A stretch of DNA of 64,000 nucleotides, taken from positions 1 through 64,000 of the forward strand of contig CAVQUB010000014.1 in assembly GCA_963716725.1 (NCBI GenBank), in the 5' to 3' direction. Source of the DNA: an uncultured delta proteobacterium (GTDB lineage Bacteria > Myxococcota_A > Polyangia > Polyangiales > Polyangiaceae). This document shows, piece by piece, positions 1 through 9,456 of this stretch. Below the pieces are notes generated by a model. It searched no databases and was not told the origin of the DNA. It saw only the letters and a program-made list of their open reading frames with translations. The translations under genes were made by a program, and so were the position numbers. Position 1 is the first letter of the stretch, and the number at the start of each line of letters is the position of its first letter.

Positions 1-86
1 GTGTTATGTCTCATGAATAACTTTAAAAAGTAATTCATTTATGGTCAGACTTCTCCAACATTTTTTTTCTGGCCGCCCACTTCGAC

Positions 87-665
87 TTACGACGTATTCC
101 TCGGTTCGTGGTGGGCCGACGACAGGCTCGACACGGCGAAGCGTGCGAGCCCCATCGCCGCGTACGTGCGCACCATCAGCGACAGTTCGCCGGCAGTGTC
201 CGCGTAGAGCAAGATGTCTCCCGCCATCGGCAGCCCGAGCCGCGCGATCTCGTTGATGCCCTTCACCATTGCCGAGTGGCACCCCGGCGTGCGCGTCAAG
301 CCGTCGTGGGTTTTGGCGCTGGCGCCTTTGATCGCAAAGCTCACCTCGGTGACGCCCGCGTCGGCGAAACGGCCTGCCACCTCGGGATACGCTAGCAGCA
401 TGCCGTTGGTCTGGAGCAGTACCCGTTCGTAGCCGAGCCGGCGCGCCATCTTGACCACGGTCACGGCGTCGCTCCGCAGCGTGGGTTCGCCGCCGCCCAG
501 CCAGAAAGCCGACGCGCCGCGCTGCCGCGCCGCGATCAGGTGCTCGGCGATCTCCCGCGTGCTCATGCTCGGACCGCCGTCCGATACCGAGTAGCAACCG
601 ACGCAGTGGTTGTTGCAGCGGTTGTCCGCCGAGACCTCCAGCCAACGCAGCGGGCGCGCGCTCAC
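87..665 (-). CDS. Radical SAM protein, probably 3'-truncated
   Basis: CxxxCxxC motif (CNNHCVGC), GGEPT and QTNG motifs. Only ~190 aa; ends next to an AT-rich break at the window start. GTG start at 665 assumed. Confidence 0.8.
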   Translation of the reverse strand: MSARPLRWLEVSADNRCNNHCVGCYSVSDGGPSMSTREIAEHLIAARQRGASAFWLGGGEPTLRSDAVTVVKMARRLGYERVLLQTNGMLLAYPEVAGRFADAGVTEVSFAIKGASAKTHDGLTRTPGCHSAMVKGINEIARLGLPMAGDILLYADTAGELSLMVRTYAAMGLARFAVSSLSSAHHEPRNTS

Positions 666-728
666 TGGATGCAACCGACGCAGTGGATGTCGAAGCGCTG
701 CACGGGAACCGCCCTTCCGCGCCGCAGT

Positions 729-1280
729 CTAGCTCCGAAAAAGTCGCAGGTCACTCCGGGGCGGGCAGACCGCGCCGAGCCACCGAGCGAGCTCCGCGCG
801 GCGCGCCTCGACGGGCGGATCGGTCGTGGGCCGCAGGGCTTCGATTGCGCGAGCCAGCCGCGGCCGGTCGATGGCGGCTGCGGTGTCGAGCACGAGGCGC
901 ACGTCCTCCAGGTCTCGCTCCGAGAGGCGCGCCATCTTCAGCAGCACCATGAGCGTGGCATTCGGCCGATACACGGTGCTGCGCGAACCGGAGTAGAGTA
1001 GCTCGAGCTGTTCTTGCCAACCGTCGATGCGGCGCACGAAGAACTCCGCTGCCGAGTTCACCGACTCGATGGGGAGCGAGAGTTGCTCGGCGAGCTCCAG
1101 TAGCGCGAGGCGCTCGCCTCCGGTTTGCGTCATCGGCACGACGTCGACGTCCTCCGTGAGCCGCCGCGGCGCTACCCACAGGGCCAGCGCGGCGCCGCCC
1201 ACCACCAGCCACTTGCCATCGAGCTGGTCTCCGATCGCGTGCACGATCCGCTCGATGGCGTCGCGGTCCAGTTCCGTCAT
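729..1280 (-). CDS. Nucleotidyltransferase-fold protein (DUF6036/AbiEii-like)
   Basis: VVGGAAL...RLTEDVD motif and C-terminal LLKMARLSERDLED. Confidence 0.7.
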   Translation of the reverse strand: MTELDRDAIERIVHAIGDQLDGKWLVVGGAALALWVAPRRLTEDVDVVPMTQTGGERLALLELAEQLSLPIESVNSAAEFFVRRIDGWQEQLELLYSGSRSTVYRPNATLMVLLKMARLSERDLEDVRLVLDTAAAIDRPRLARAIEALRPTTDPPVEARRAELARWLGAVCPPRSDLRLFRS

Positions 1281-1309
1281 GGCGCTACCCGTGTGCTAGC
1301 ATATACGTC

Positions 1310-1630
1310 GTGTCCGGGATCGAGCTCGAAATCCTAGCGAGCGCCGGCGCGCCGATCGGCGCTCCACGAAGCGCGCCACGGTCGCTGCCGCCCGACGACG
1401 ATCTGCGGCGAGCGGTCTCCTGGCTCGCGACCGACGAGCGTCCATTGGATCCGGCGCCCTTCGTCGCTTGGCTCAGCGCCTTCGAGCACCACTGGCCGAC
1501 GCGATTTCACGCGCTCTTCGGCACGCAGGGAGTCGAACTTCTCAGCGCGCTGCGCGGCGAACTGACCGACGAGAACCGGTATCTGAAGCTGCGTCGCATC
1601 GCCGTCGAGAATCTTTCCGGCGTGCTCTGA
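1310..1630 (+). CDS. Hypothetical protein, divergent from the nucleotidyltransferase
   Basis: 106 aa ORF with protein-like composition; no motif recognised. Confidence 0.55.
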   Translation: MSGIELEILASAGAPIGAPRSAPRSLPPDDDLRRAVSWLATDERPLDPAPFVAWLSAFEHHWPTRFHALFGTQGVELLSALRGELTDENRYLKLRRIAVENLSGVL

Positions 1631-1640
1631 CAAAAAAATG

Positions 1641-1893
1641 GCGCGGACAGCGCGGAGCGCGCGGAGCACGCAGGGAGTTTTTTGGTCTGGCTTCTCGACG
1701 CCCGCTTCGCGATGCCGCGACGGTTCGAGCGCTGGCACCCGAATCGAGGTTGGGCTCGAAGCGCTGGCGGCAAGGGCGCACGTGGCCGAGCCCGCGAGCA
1801 GCGTGTCGACCCGCACCCCAAAAACTCTTCTCCGCGTGCGCTGCGTACCCTGCGTCCCCGGCGACTTTGGTGCTTCGGTCTGGTTTCTCGACG
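1641..1893. repeat. REPIN-like repeat unit A (~195 bp core, inverted 4x9 bp termini)
   Basis: Near-identical to 2613-2865 and 2849-3041. The 9-mer arrays at 1641-1676 and 1829-1864 are imperfect inverted copies. Confidence 0.9.
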
Positions 1894-2092
1894 GCCTCGT
1901 CGTCCCGAATAGCCCCGGCGAAACGCTTCGTTTTCACCGCCCGACGGCCGCGCTCCGTCCCGCGACGTCGACCTCTCCCGTAGCGATACCGCGAGGCGAC
2001 CTTCATCACGCTGCCGTCGGCGGCGTTGGCCCCCGAGCGTCGGCAGGGGCCGCACGTGGCCGAGCGATCCCCCGCGATTCCTCTGGCGTTGC

Positions 2093-2524
2093 CTAGTCGT
2101 CCGCGCGAGGACTCAGCACGACGCGTCGAACCCCGCGCACCAGCTGGGGCACGTTGAAGTTGAGGAGCAGCCCGAGCTGGCACCTGGAAACCCGAAGGTA
2201 GGCCATGACCTGAGCGAAGTGGACTGGCGTCAGGGACTCAACCGCCTTGAGCTCGACGACGACGCGGCCCTCGACGAGGAAATCGACCCGTCCTTCGCCA
2301 ACGACCTCGCCCTTGTACTCGAGTTCATAGCGGGCCTGCCGCGCGAACTGAATGCCGCGGCACCTGAACTCCACGACGAGCGCGTGCTCATATACGCCTT
2401 CTGTGAAGCCTGGCCCGAGCGCGCGGTGAACCTCGATGGCCGCCGACACGACCGCCCCGGATATCGCGTTCAATTCGGCGCTCGGCTCGACGACTCTTCC
2501 CAATCTGCTGGGTGCCCCGTCCAT
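2093..2524 (-). CDS. GxxExxY protein (PD-(D/E)XK nuclease-like family)
   Basis: GPGFTEGVYEHAL, RVDFLVEGRVVVELKAVE, AQVMAYL, GLLLNFNV. Start uncertain (2524 or 2602). Confidence 0.92.
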   Translation of the reverse strand: MDGAPSRLGRVVEPSAELNAISGAVVSAAIEVHRALGPGFTEGVYEHALVVEFRCRGIQFARQARYELEYKGEVVGEGRVDFLVEGRVVVELKAVESLTPVHFAQVMAYLRVSRCQLGLLLNFNVPQLVRGVRRVVLSPRADD

Positions 2525-2612
2525 CTCGCTCCTGCTGCGGCTCCTTCGGTCTCGAGCTCCGGCGAGTTGCGTCCTTGGATCGTTCCCCGGGTCTTCTTGC
2601 ATCTGGGGAAAG

Positions 2613-3041
2613 GCGCGGAGAGCGCGGGGCACGCGGGGCACGCAGGGATTTCTTTGGTCTGGTTTCTCGACGCCCGCTTCGCGATGCCGCGACGATTCGA
2701 GCGATGGCACCCGAATCGAGTTCAGGCTCGAAGCGCTGACGGCGAGGGCGCACGTGGCCGAGCCCGCGAGCAGCGAGTCGACCCGCACCCCCCAAAAACT
2801 CTTCTCTGCGTGCGCTGCGTACCCTGCGTCCCCCGCGACTTTGGTTCTTTGGTCTGGCTTCTCGACGCCCGCTTCGCGATGCCGCGACGGTTCGAGCGCT
2901 GGCACCCGAATCGAGGTTGGGCTCGAAGCGCCGACGGCAGGGGCGTACGTGCTCGAGCTCGCGAGCGGCGTGTCGGGTCGCACCCCCAAAACTCCTCTCT
3001 GCGTGCGCTGCGTTCCCTGCGTCCCCGGCGACTTTGGTGCT
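2613..3041. repeat. REPIN-like repeat units B and C in tandem (period ~195 bp)
   Basis: ggtctgg(t/c)ttctcgacgcccgcttcgcgatgccgcgac at 2656 and 2851. 9-mer arrays at 2613-2648, 2803-2838 and 2996-3031. Confidence 0.9.
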
Positions 3042-3052
3042 GGGGGGTGGGT

Positions 3053-4850
3053 CTACCGGTACCCGGCCGCTTGCAGCGAGAACAGCCGCGCGTAGATCCC
3101 GTCCAGCGTCATCAGCTGGTCGTGGGTGCCGCGTTCGATGATGTGGCCGCCGGCCAGGACCACGATCTGGTGGGCCATGCGCACGGTCGAGAAGCGATGC
3201 GAGATCAGGACCGCGATCTGACTCTCGGTCATCTCGCGGAAGCGATCGAAGATGCGGATTTCGGCCTCGGCGTCCATCGAAGCGGTGGGCTCGTCGAGCA
3301 CCAGGATGTCCGCGCTCTTGCGCATGAAGGCCCGGGACAGCGCTATCTTCTGCCACTGCCCGACGCTCAGCTCGCGGCCCCGATCGAACCACTTGCCGAG
3401 CTGCGTGGCGTAGCCCTTGGGCAGCTCCTCGATGAAGGGCGCGGCCAGGCCCTTCTGGGCGGCTTCCTTCCAGCGGGCGTCGTCGTCGAAGGCGGTCACG
3501 TCGCCCGTGCCGATGTTCTCGCCCACCACGAACTGGTAGCGCGCGAAATCTTGGAAGATGACGCCGATGCGGCGGTGCAGCGCGCCCGCGTCCCACTCGT
3601 CGAGCGGCAAGCCGTCGAGCAAGACGCGGCCCGAGGTCGGGCGGTAGAGCCGCGTCATCAGCTTGATCAGCGTGGTCTTGCCGGATCCGTTCTCACCGAC
3701 CAACGCCAGCTTCTCGCCCGGCGGGATGTGCAGATCGATACCGGCGAGGGCAGGCTGATCGCTGTCGGGGTACTTGAACGAGACGTTCTCGAAGCGGATG
3801 CCGTCGCCGGGGCGTGGGCCGGCGCTGGCCTTGCCGATCTCCGGCGGCACTTCGTGTTCGAGGAAGTCGTAGAGGTTGGAGAGGTACAGGTTGTCTTCGT
3901 ACATGCCGCCGACCGCAGCGAGCGCGGCCGTCAGGGCGCTCTGTCCCTGCTTGAAGACCAGGAGGTACATGGTCATCTGCCCGAGCGTGATGCGCGATCC
4001 GACGGCAGCGACCGCGATCCAGGCGTAGGCGCCGTAGAACGCGGCGGTGCTGAGCAGCCCCATCACGAAGCCCCAGGCGGTGCGTCGCAGGGTCAGCGCC
4101 TTGTCTTCGAGGTAGAGCTTTTCGTAGATGCTCTTGAAGCGCCCGAGCAGCGTGGGCCCGAGCTCGAAGAGCTGCACTTCCTTCACGTAGTCTTCCCGCG
4201 AGAGCACGGTCTCGAGGTAGTTGCGCTGCCGCGTCTCGGGCGTGCGCCAGCGGAACATGCGGAACGCCTCACCCGAGAAGCGCGCCTCGGCGAAGAGCGC
4301 GGGCAGCGCGGCGGCGACCAGGCCGAGCACCGCCCAACCCGAGAAGGTCCAGAGCAGCAGCGCCGTAGGTCAGGAGCGAGACGCCGTTTTGCATCAGGCC
4401 GAAGGTGCGCAGCACCAGCGACAGCGGGCGGCTCGAGGCCTCTTGTCGGGCCCGCGTCATCTTGTCGTAGAGCTCGGAGTCTTCGAAGTGCTCGAGGCGG
4501 AGCGTGAGCGCCTTCTCGATGATCATCACGTTGACGCGGTTGCTGAGCTGAGCGCGCAGCAGCGACTTGACCGCGTCGAGGGCGCGTTGAAAGGCCGACA
4601 AGAGCGCGACCAAGCCGAGCTCCACCGCGACCCAGCCCAGGGCCACGTTGGGCGTGGCGCTCTCGGGCTGCTGGATGGCGTGCACCACCGCGTCGACGAT
4701 CAGCTTGCCGATGTAGGCGACCGCCGCGGGCAGCAGCCCGGCGCCCAGGCTGAGCAGCGAGAGGGCGACGGTGAGCCTGCGGCTGGTGTCCCAGACCAGG
4801 CGGATCGCGCGCCCGCCATAGCCGTAGACGCCGAGAGTCCGCGCGATCAC
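3053..4850 (-). CDS. ABC transporter, fused permease/ATP-binding (frameshift ~4350)
   Basis: Walker A GENGSGKT, LSVGQWQKIALSRA, LDEPT. The N-terminal TM part lies in the overlapping ORF 4269-5189. Confidence 0.9.
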
Positions 4851-5007
4851 GGCGCCACTATAGCCGCCCGCCCGACGCGCGCGAGGATCGTGATGGCGAG
4901 CGCGGCCCGCGGCCTTGGGGTGCGTGACGCCGCCCATGCTCTGGCTTGGCACGCCCGAGTTGCGCGGCTCCTTGCTCGGCACTGATCTCGGCTCTAGGCT
5001 CCGCGCC

Positions 5008-5994
5008 GTGCCTCTTCGGATCGGCTGGCTCGGCGCAACGTTCATGGTGGGCCTGGTGGGCCTGGCGTGGGGTTGCAGCAGCGGCGGCAGCTCGGGCGGG
5101 GCGCTCCCGGACGCCTCGGATCTCGATGGCGGCGCGGAGAGCGGCCCCGTCGATGCGGGTGCTTCGGCCGCCTGTGATCGCTTCGTCACGTGCTCGCTGA
5201 AGGTGCAGCCGGAGACCGGCGCTGCGACGCTCGCGGCCTACGGTCCCGACGGCGCGTGCTGGAAGTCCCAAACCAAGGCGGTCTGCGAGGATGCGTGTCG
5301 AGGCGGCATCGCCGCGCTGCACGCCGTCGCCCCGGCGGAGCCGGCCTGCCGGATCTGCGTTTCGAGCCAGGACTGCGCTGCTCCCACTGGGGCCTGCAAC
5401 CCGAGCACGGGCGAGTGCGTCGAGTGTCAGAGCCCGTCTGATTGCAAAGCGTCGTTGCCCGCCTGCGATATGGCCAGCGGGATCTGCGTCGCGTGCACCA
5501 GCGCCGCCGACTGCAGCGCGCCGCTCGCTGCCTGCGAGCCAGAGGGTCACAGCTGCGTGCAGTGCGTCAGTGGTTCGCAGTGCAGCTCCGGCAGCTGCAA
5601 GCCCGATCACACCTGCTGCGTAGCGACCGATCCCTGCTCCCCGAGCAGCTGCGGGGACGTGTACGACGACTGCGGCAAGACCGTGAACTGCGGCAGTTGC
5701 CCGAGCGGAAGTTTCTGCAACTCGAGCTCTTACTGCGAGCCGATCAGCACGACCTTTGCGTGCAACGCCGGTGGCAAGAACAACACCTGCACGAAGTACC
5801 TCCAGTACTGCCAGTACTACTTCGCCGGACCCGGCGGCACGACCGCCTGGTGCAGCTCGATGCCCGCCGCCTGCCAGGCGAACCCAACGTGTGCGTGCCT
5901 CGCGAGTGCGGGCGAGTACTATGCGCCCGACACCTGCTCGTCGAACACCGGACCGGACGGCGCGGGCGTGCTGTACGTCACGTCGAAGCCCTGA
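5008..5994 (+). CDS. Cys-rich putative lipoprotein
   Basis: Lipobox-like LAWGC, Gly/Ser linker, repeated C..CxxxxDC modules. Start uncertain. Confidence 0.75.
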   Translation: MPLRIGWLGATFMVGLVGLAWGCSSGGSSGGALPDASDLDGGAESGPVDAGASAACDRFVTCSLKVQPETGAATLAAYGPDGACWKSQTKAVCEDACRGGIAALHAVAPAEPACRICVSSQDCAAPTGACNPSTGECVECQSPSDCKASLPACDMASGICVACTSAADCSAPLAACEPEGHSCVQCVSGSQCSSGSCKPDHTCCVATDPCSPSSCGDVYDDCGKTVNCGSCPSGSFCNSSSYCEPISTTFACNAGGKNNTCTKYLQYCQYYFAGPGGTTAWCSSMPAACQANPTCACLASAGEYYAPDTCSSNTGPDGAGVLYVTSKP

Positions 5995-6080
5995 AAGCGC
6001 GATCGCGGCGCCGCTGCATCTGCCCGCTCGACGCGCCCGCGGATCGTGAGGTATGAGCGGGCGTCACTTCAGGAGGGTTC

Positions 6081-7853
6081 ATGCGCACTTCGTCCGTTGC
6101 CATCGGGATCGTGGGTTGTTTCAGCTTGCTCGCCACCGCGAGCTGTTCGTCGGACGAGTTTGAGCCCACGGCCAGCGGCGGAAAGAGCGGCGACGCGGGC
6201 GTCGGCGGGTCCGGCGGCGGCAAGGGCGGCAGCGGCGGCAGCGGCGGCGCGACCGGCGGCACTGGCGGCACTGGCGGCGCTGGCGGCACTGGCGGCACTG
6301 GCGGCGCGAGCGGCACTAGCGGCGGGGCGACCGGCGGCACCGGCGGCGCGAGCGGCAGCGGCGGCGCGAGCGGCGGCGCGAGCGGCAGCGGCGGCGCGAC
6401 GGGTGGAACCGGCGGAACGCCAGGCTGCAAGTCGGACACCGAGTGCGACGATCAGAAGGCGTGCAACGGCAAGGAGACCTGCGCGAGCGGGACCTGCAAG
6501 CCCGGAACGCCGGTGAGCTGTCCGAACTCCGACGCGGCACACTGCGTCGCCGAGTGCGTCGAGGTGAGCGCTGGCGTCTCCGCCTGCAACACCAAGGGCA
6601 AAGACGCGGACGGGGACAAGCATCTGGACAAGGCCTGCGCTGCGTCGAGCGTGACCGCGGACGACTGCGATGACAGCAAGCCGAGCGTGTACCCTGGCGC
6701 AACGGAGATCTGCGACGGCCTCGACAACGATTGCAACGGCAAGGACGAGCTCGACGAGGGCACGCCGCCCGTGGGCGGCAGCGCGAATTTCTCGGACGGT
6801 TCGTCGGACTCGATCCGGCCGGCCATCGCGTGGTCGCCGACGAACAAACACTACGGGGTGGTCTGGCTGGACGTCGCCGTGGGCATTCGCTACGTGCGCA
6901 TGAGCCCGGCGGGCAGCATGGTCGGCACGCCGGTCACGGTCTCCGCGCAGCTGCAGCCGGCGCGCATCGCCTGGAGCGGCGCGCATTTTGGCGTCGCGTG
7001 GCACGACTCGCAGAAGATCTACTTCCGGCGCGTGGCGCCCGACGGGACTTTTCCCGAAGCTGCCAAGGTCGTCAGCGCTGCCAACGCGAAGGCCTCGGAT
7101 CCGGATCTCGCCGCGACCCCTTCGGGGTGGGCGACGGTCTGGTCGGACACGCGGGCCAGTACCTTTGGCCTGCTCCACGCGCGGTCCATCGGAGCGGACG
7201 GCGTCGTCGCCGGAACCAGCGACACACAGGTCGGCAACACCGGGGGCAGCAACAAGTCCCCATCCGTGGCCAGCAACGGCGTAAGCTTCATGGTTGCGGC
7301 CGAGCGAGGCGCGCTCTCGGTGGCCAACCAGATCCAGGGCTTCAACCTGAGCTCGGTCCTCGTGGCCACCGGTGAGAAGATCGTCTCGGCAGATCCGCCG
7401 CCGACCGGGATCATCGCGGACCGACCCGTCGTGGCGTCCGCCGCGAACGGCTGGAGCTTCGCGTGGCGCGAGTCCTCGTCGGGGGGCCTGAGCCTGCGCT
7501 ACTACGAGCAGCTCGCGAGCGGGGCGGCCGGGTGCGCGCCGGTCGCCGTTCCGATCCCCCAGAGCCTCTTCGTGGGCGGAGTCGCCGCCCGTGGCAGCTC
7601 GCGCGTGGTCGTGCTCGGCCAGGAGGAGGGCGTGCCCGCCAAGGCGCGGTTGGTGCGCTTCAAGGCCGGCTGCGTCTCCCCGGTGCAGTACACGATGGGA
7701 CTCCCCGACGCTCCGAACCTCGACTACATGGGCATGGCGGTGGCGTGGAGCGACAACAGCTTCGTGGCGATGTGGGTCGATCAGACCACCGGCACCTACA
7801 CGCTTCGGCGCTGGGTGAGCGGGCCCAACCTGTGTGACGCTCCGGTGCCCTGA
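6081..7853 (+). CDS. Lipoprotein with Gly-rich linker and MopE-like metal-binding repeat
   Basis: RBS aggagg, lipobox TASC, DCDDSKPSVYPGATEICDGLDNDCNG motif, beta-rich C-terminus. Confidence 0.8.
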   Translation: MRTSSVAIGIVGCFSLLATASCSSDEFEPTASGGKSGDAGVGGSGGGKGGSGGSGGATGGTGGTGGAGGTGGTGGASGTSGGATGGTGGASGSGGASGGASGSGGATGGTGGTPGCKSDTECDDQKACNGKETCASGTCKPGTPVSCPNSDAAHCVAECVEVSAGVSACNTKGKDADGDKHLDKACAASSVTADDCDDSKPSVYPGATEICDGLDNDCNGKDELDEGTPPVGGSANFSDGSSDSIRPAIAWSPTNKHYGVVWLDVAVGIRYVRMSPAGSMVGTPVTVSAQLQPARIAWSGAHFGVAWHDSQKIYFRRVAPDGTFPEAAKVVSAANAKASDPDLAATPSGWATVWSDTRASTFGLLHARSIGADGVVAGTSDTQVGNTGGSNKSPSVASNGVSFMVAAERGALSVANQIQGFNLSSVLVATGEKIVSADPPPTGIIADRPVVASAANGWSFAWRESSSGGLSLRYYEQLASGAAGCAPVAVPIPQSLFVGGVAARGSSRVVVLGQEEGVPAKARLVRFKAGCVSPVQYTMGLPDAPNLDYMGMAVAWSDNSFVAMWVDQTTGTYTLRRWVSGPNLCDAPVP

Positions 7854-7854
7854 C

Positions 7855-8770
7855 GTGCGCCTCGCCGCCATCTCCGTCGATCTGGACGAGATCCCCAACT
7901 ACTTCGCGATCCACGGGCTGCCTCCGCCGCAGGGGGCGAGCGCCCACGCGGTCTACGACGTCGCGATCCGCCGACTCGAGAGCTTCGCGCGCCAGCACGA
8001 CCTGCCGCTCACGCTCTTCGCGGTCGGCGCGGACATGGCGCGCGGACGAGAGCGCTCGGCGCCTGCGCGAGATGGCAGATCGAGGCCACGAGATCGGCAA
8101 CCACTCCCTCGATCACCGCTACGATCTCACGCGGCTGCCCCTCGACGAGATGCGGCGTCAGGTCGAGAGCGGCGTCACGGTGCTCGAGGGCGCGACGGGG
8201 CAGCGTCCCTCGGGCTTTCGCGCGCCGGGTTACACCATCACCGACGACCTGGTGCGCGTGATCGAGGACGCCGGCGTCGCCTACGACTCGTCGGTGTTCC
8301 CCTGTCCGCCCTACTACCTGGCGAAGGCCGCGGCCATGGCCTCCATCCGCCTGCGGGGTCGGCGATCGCAATCGGTGCTCGACACGCCCAGCGTGCTCGC
8401 CGCCCCGACGCGGCCCTACCGCATGGGCGCCCGCTATTTTCAGCGAGGAACGGGCCTGGTCGAGCTGCCCATCCAGGTCACGCGGGGCGCGCGCCTGCCC
8501 TTCATCGGGACCACGCTCACGCTCGCGGGCGAGAGGCGCGCGCGCTGGCTCACGCGTCGGGTGGTGGGAGAGCCCCTCGTGAACCTCGAGCTGCACGGCA
8601 TCGACGTGCTCGACGCCGCCGACGGCCTCGAGGCGTTGCGGCCGCACCAGCCCGACGTGCGCGTGGGCGTGCTGCACAAGCTCGCTGCCCTCGGCGCGGT
8701 GATCGAGACGCTGAAGTCGGCGGGCTACTCCTTCGTGCGGCTCGATGAAGCCGCGAAACGGGCAGTGTGA
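7855..8770 (+). CDS. Polysaccharide deacetylase (frameshift ~8050)
   Basis: ISVDLD, TLF, HEIGNHSLDH, GFRAPGY and YDSS motifs across two frames. Confidence 0.85.
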
Positions 8771-9348
8771 TGGCGGTCTCGATCCATCCGACGGCGGTGG
8801 TCGATGAGGGCGCGCTGATCGGCGATGAGACCAGCATCTGGCATTTCTGCCACGTGATGGCCGGCGCCCAGATCGGTCGCCGCTCTTCGCTCGGTCAGGG
8901 TTGCTTTGTCGCCGCGGGCGCCCGGGTGGGTGACGGCGTGCGAGTGCAGAACAACGTCAGCCTCTACGACGGCGTCGTGATCGAAGACGAGGTCTTCATC
9001 GGGCCCTGCGCGGTGTTCACCAACGTCACCAATCCCCGGGCCGCCGTCTCGCGCCGCGCCGAGTACCAGCGCACCGTCGTCCGGCGCGGTGCGACCATCG
9101 GGGCCAACGCGACCGTGATGCCGGGGCGCACCCTCGGGCGCTACTGCTTCGTGGCGGCCGGCGCGGTGGTGGTGCACGACGTGCCCGACTTCGCCTTGGT
9201 GATGGGCGTGCCCGCGCGCCAGGCCGGCTGGATGAGCCGGCATGGGCGCAAGCTGGTCTTCGACGCCGAGGGCTCGGCAATCTGCCCCGGCAGCGGGGAG
9301 CGCTATCGGTTGATGATCGACGGGACTGTCGTCGAGCAAGGCGGCTGA
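8770..9348 (+). CDS. Hexapeptide-repeat N-acetyltransferase (WbpD-like)
   Basis: IWHFCHV, QNNVSLYDGV, VFTNVTNPRA, GATIGANAT. Confidence 0.9.
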   Translation: MAVSIHPTAVVDEGALIGDETSIWHFCHVMAGAQIGRRSSLGQGCFVAAGARVGDGVRVQNNVSLYDGVVIEDEVFIGPCAVFTNVTNPRAAVSRRAEYQRTVVRRGATIGANATVMPGRTLGRYCFVAAGAVVVHDVPDFALVMGVPARQAGWMSRHGRKLVFDAEGSAICPGSGERYRLMIDGTVVEQGG

Positions 9349-9428
9349 GCCTGGCCATCGCCACCCGCTTTCGCCACTTTCGCCAGCTTCGCCAGCCTCG
9401 ATCCCGGTGATTTTCCGCGCAAGGCCCC

Positions 9429-9444
9429 CGGCACGGCGCGTGCT
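9429..9444 (+). promoter_or_regulatory. Possible sigma54 -24/-12 promoter
   Basis: cGGcacggcgcgtGCt: GG-N10-GC with the GGCAC core, 13 bp before the helicase ATG. Confidence 0.4.
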
Positions 9445-9456
9445 CTTGGCAGGGGC

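Noticed and set aside
2525..2989. N-terminal extension of the GxxExxY ORF to 298 aa
   Set aside because: It translates the non-coding repeat units; the family domain covers only the last ~130 aa.
2219..4507. Long antisense or alternative-frame ORFs (also 8725-10683, 42815-45157, 53148-55886, the first part of 58665-62030, etc.)
   Set aside because: Shadow ORFs typical of high-GC DNA lying opposite well-supported genes; no motifs.
6200..6420. Gly-rich tandem repeats as special DNA elements (also 15180-15250, 35791-35934, 37510-37590, 58250-58335)
   Set aside because: In-frame low-complexity linkers of surface proteins.
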